A stretch of DNA of 64,000 bases from an uncultured virus (IMG/VR IMGVR_UViG_3300010885_058378) (taxonomy: Duplodnaviria; Heunggongvirae; Uroviricota; Caudoviricetes): positions 1 to 64,000 of the IMG/VR virus record IMGVR_UViG_3300010885_058378; one strand, 5' to 3'. The position numbers were made by a program, and so were the translations under genes. Shown here in pieces: positions 61,823 to 64,000 of the stretch. Every line of letters begins with the position of its first letter. Position 1 is the first letter of the stretch. The notes beneath the pieces were generated by a model. The model had not been told where the DNA came from. It did not search any database and was given only the letters and a program-made list of their open reading frames with translations.

Positions 61823-62632
61823 ATGAAAAATATAACATTCAAATTTTTAGAAAATAATAACTTTAAATTTAAGGGATTCAGTAATACTCCCATAAAAGAT
61901 CAATGTATAACATGTCAAAAAATATTTGAATATAAAAAACTTAAAAAATTTCTAAGAAATAGACTATCTTTGCCCACTTCTAAGTGGTGTCAATGTCATA
62001 AATGTTTTTTAAAATTTAGAACTATTAATAATCCAGAATGGATGGAAAGTAATCGAAAAGCACAGCTTATAGCACAAAATAAACCAGAGCAAAAAAAGAA
62101 AAATGCTCTAGGAGTGTCAAGAAGCTGGGATAATAAGAGGAAAAAGAAAGCTTCAATCTATCTAAAAAATAGATGGAAAACAGATCCAAAATTTGCCGAA
62201 AAAGCCAGATCAAATTTAAAAATTAATGATACTCAACATATAAAAAATACATTTGGAATTGGTGGACTAAAAGGATTTTATAATGAAATATACTATGATA
62301 GCGCATTAGAGTTATCGTATTTATTATGGTGTGAACAACTTAGTATTCCAATTAAAAGATATGATCTAGATCCAATACAATATGAAATATCAAATAAACA
62401 AAAGTTATATTTTCCAGATTTCATTATCCATGAGGACATAGTGGTAGAGATAAAAGGTAAGGGCTTGTATTTTGCTAAAAATAAAGAACAAAATTTAGCG
62501 AAAACTGCAGAAGCCAAGAAAAAACTAAAAAATAAATTTATAATAATATTTGATCAAGACAAAGAAGTTAAAACCTACTATAAAAAAGCCAGAAAATTAC
62601 ATCATGAAATTAAAAAGCAAAAAGATAATTAA
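61823..62632 (+). CDS. free-standing putative homing endonuclease (PD-(D/E)XK, TnsA-N-like)
   Basis: YDSALEL...YFPDF...VEIKG; N-terminal CxxC pairs; located between split intein halves; GGTGTA motif at 61797. Confidence 0.75.
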   Translation: MKNITFKFLENNNFKFKGFSNTPIKDQCITCQKIFEYKKLKKFLRNRLSLPTSKWCQCHKCFLKFRTINNPEWMESNRKAQLIAQNKPEQKKKNALGVSRSWDNKRKKKASIYLKNRWKTDPKFAEKARSNLKINDTQHIKNTFGIGGLKGFYNEIYYDSALELSYLLWCEQLSIPIKRYDLDPIQYEISNKQKLYFPDFIIHEDIVVEIKGKGLYFAKNKEQNLAKTAEAKKKLKNKFIIIFDQDKEVKTYYKKARKLHHEIKKQKDN

Positions 62633-62711
62633 GAATTACACAGGAAAAGTCCATGATATCTCTGTTAAAAATTCTGCATCCTATAATGTAGAGGGGTTGG
62701 GAGTACATAAT
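62604..62711 (+). mobile_element. split intein C-half (36 aa)
   Basis: KVHDISV...Y...G.GVHN followed by Ser+1. Confidence 0.9.
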
Positions 62712-63437
62712 TCTGCTGCAGGATGTTTGGTATCATATCTTATTGGTATTACTCAAATTGATCCTATCAAATATGATTTACTCTTTGAGAGATTTTATAA
62801 TGAGGGCCGTAATACTGCGGATCATATTTCCATGCCAGATATTGATGTTGATGTTCCAATTAATAAAAGAGAACAGATCATCGAATATATTAAAAATAAG
62901 TATGGTTCAGACAAGGTTTCTCAAATGATTACATTTAATACTATGAAAGGCAGGGGTGCCTTAAAAGAAGTATTAAGAGTGTATGACAATATCTCTTTTG
63001 AAGAAATGAATCGAATAACAAAGTTCATTCCTGACGAAGCAAAAATTGCTGACGAATTACAGGAAATGAAAGAAGATACCGGAGAGGCATCTATTATCAG
63101 GTGGGCACTAGAAAACAATGTTGACAAACTGAAGGAGTGGTGCTATATTAGTGATGATGGTTCTCTTGCCGGACCTTTGGCCAAAAGGTTTGAACAAGCC
63201 ATCCGACTTGAAGGAACTAAATCTAATCAATCCAAACATGCCGCCGGTGTAGTTATTAGTAGTCAAAGTCTCAGTGCTGTTTGTCCCATGGTTTATGATT
63301 CTAAAAATAAACAAGCAATAGCAGGGATGGAGATGCAAGATTTGGAAAATTTAGGTTTAATCAAATTTGATATTCTAGGCGTTGCTATGTTAGACAAAAT
63401 TATGACCATATCAGAAATTTTATGCAAAGGAGAATAA
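62604..63437 (+). CDS. dnaE: split intein C-half fused to DNA polymerase III alpha palm fragment
   Basis: MKLKSKK...VHN|SAAG, LLFERF, MPDIDVD, HAAGVVI, KFDILG; ATG at 62604. Confidence 0.95.
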   Translation: MKLKSKKIIKNYTGKVHDISVKNSASYNVEGLGVHNSAAGCLVSYLIGITQIDPIKYDLLFERFYNEGRNTADHISMPDIDVDVPINKREQIIEYIKNKYGSDKVSQMITFNTMKGRGALKEVLRVYDNISFEEMNRITKFIPDEAKIADELQEMKEDTGEASIIRWALENNVDKLKEWCYISDDGSLAGPLAKRFEQAIRLEGTKSNQSKHAAGVVISSQSLSAVCPMVYDSKNKQAIAGMEMQDLENLGLIKFDILGVAMLDKIMTISEILCKGE

Positions 63438-63438
63438 A

Positions 63439-63618
63439 ATGCAAAAACAATTTCATGAACTAGCGATTGGTGATAGATTCACAGTTAATGGCGTTGAATA
63501 TATTAAAACTGAAGAAGTTAGAGTTAGCTGTTGCAGAAGTATCAATTGTTATGCTTCTTCTGACGCTAATCAAAAAGGACATTTTCCCGGAAATACAGAA
63601 GTTACAATAAATGGCTAA
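63439..63618 (+). CDS. small hypothetical protein (59 aa)
   Basis: Manual translation MQKQFHELAIGDRF...SCCRSINC...ING*; AGGAG RBS. Confidence 0.7.
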   Translation: MQKQFHELAIGDRFTVNGVEYIKTEEVRVSCCRSINCYASSDANQKGHFPGNTEVTING

Positions 63619-64000
63619 TCTACAAAAAATTTGTGTCTTTGATTTGGAAACAGACGGAGTTAATCCTGATCTTTGCAGTCCAGTTCAAATTGCTGCGGTT
63701 ATGGTTGATCCACTAAAATTAGAAATAGTTAAAGATTCGGAGTTTAATATTACCGTTAAGCCATTGATACTAGAAGAAAAACCAGAGTATGTTTATTCTG
63801 ATTCCGATGTTCTGGACTTTCATGCCAAGGTAAAAGGAAGTACAAAAGATCAGATTTTAGAATCTTGGAAAGCATACCAGAAGCAAGAGCACGGATGGAA
63901 TATGTTCATATCCTACTTGGAAATGTATCATATTAGATCCAGCGGTAAGAAGTCTTGTTTCACGGCACCTATTGCTGCTGGTTATAATATTAATAGGTTT
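63611..64000 (+). CDS. DEDD 3'-5' exonuclease (DnaQ-like), runs off window end
   Basis: Manual translation MANLQKICVFDLETDG...QIAA...AGYNI.RF. Confidence 0.85.
   Translation, partial: MANLQKICVFDLETDGVNPDLCSPVQIAAVMVDPLKLEIVKDSEFNITVKPLILEEKPEYVYSDSDVLDFHAKVKGSTKDQILESWKAYQKQEHGWNMFISYLEMYHIRSSGKKSCFTAPIAAGYNINRF

Noticed and set aside
685..63338. Numerous short antisense or alternate-frame ORFs in the track
   Set aside because: Overlap well-supported genes and show no motifs or RBS
1..64000. Stop-codon reassignment
   Set aside because: Standard-code ORFs tile the window densely and TAA, TAG and TGA all end genes at sensible boundaries

Overview
AT-rich, densely coded, mostly + strand segment that reads as part of a large (jumbo-type) dsDNA bacteriophage genome in the standard genetic code. 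No rRNA, tRNA or CRISPR array was seen. Left to right: RuvB preceded by a Zn-ribbon/RuvA-domain-III-like gene; an actin-like ATPase; two very large Thr-Pro-repeat (mucin-like) proteins; HNH, trypsin-like and subtilisin genes; a ~16 kb two-armed glycosyltransferase/methyltransferase region including a GT60-like enzyme; guaC; a free-standing GIY-YIG endonuclease; ferritin-like, PAP2, sigma, ClpP-like and DeoC-fold genes; structural/tail and holin-like genes with a papain-type protease; dCMP deaminase, class II RNR and PhoH; and a replication/recombination block (intein-containing RecA, DnaB, DnaG, dNMP kinase, Cas4-like nuclease, DnaE, DEDD exonuclease). Highlights: dnaE fractured by a naturally split intein with an endonuclease gene between the halves; a class 3 RecA intein starting with Leu; a recurring GGTGTA-N8-TA upstream motif (candidate phage promoter), one copy inside an RBS-occluding hairpin; and a candidate phage mucin-type O-glycosylation system. 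All family calls come from motif recognition by eye, not database searches.
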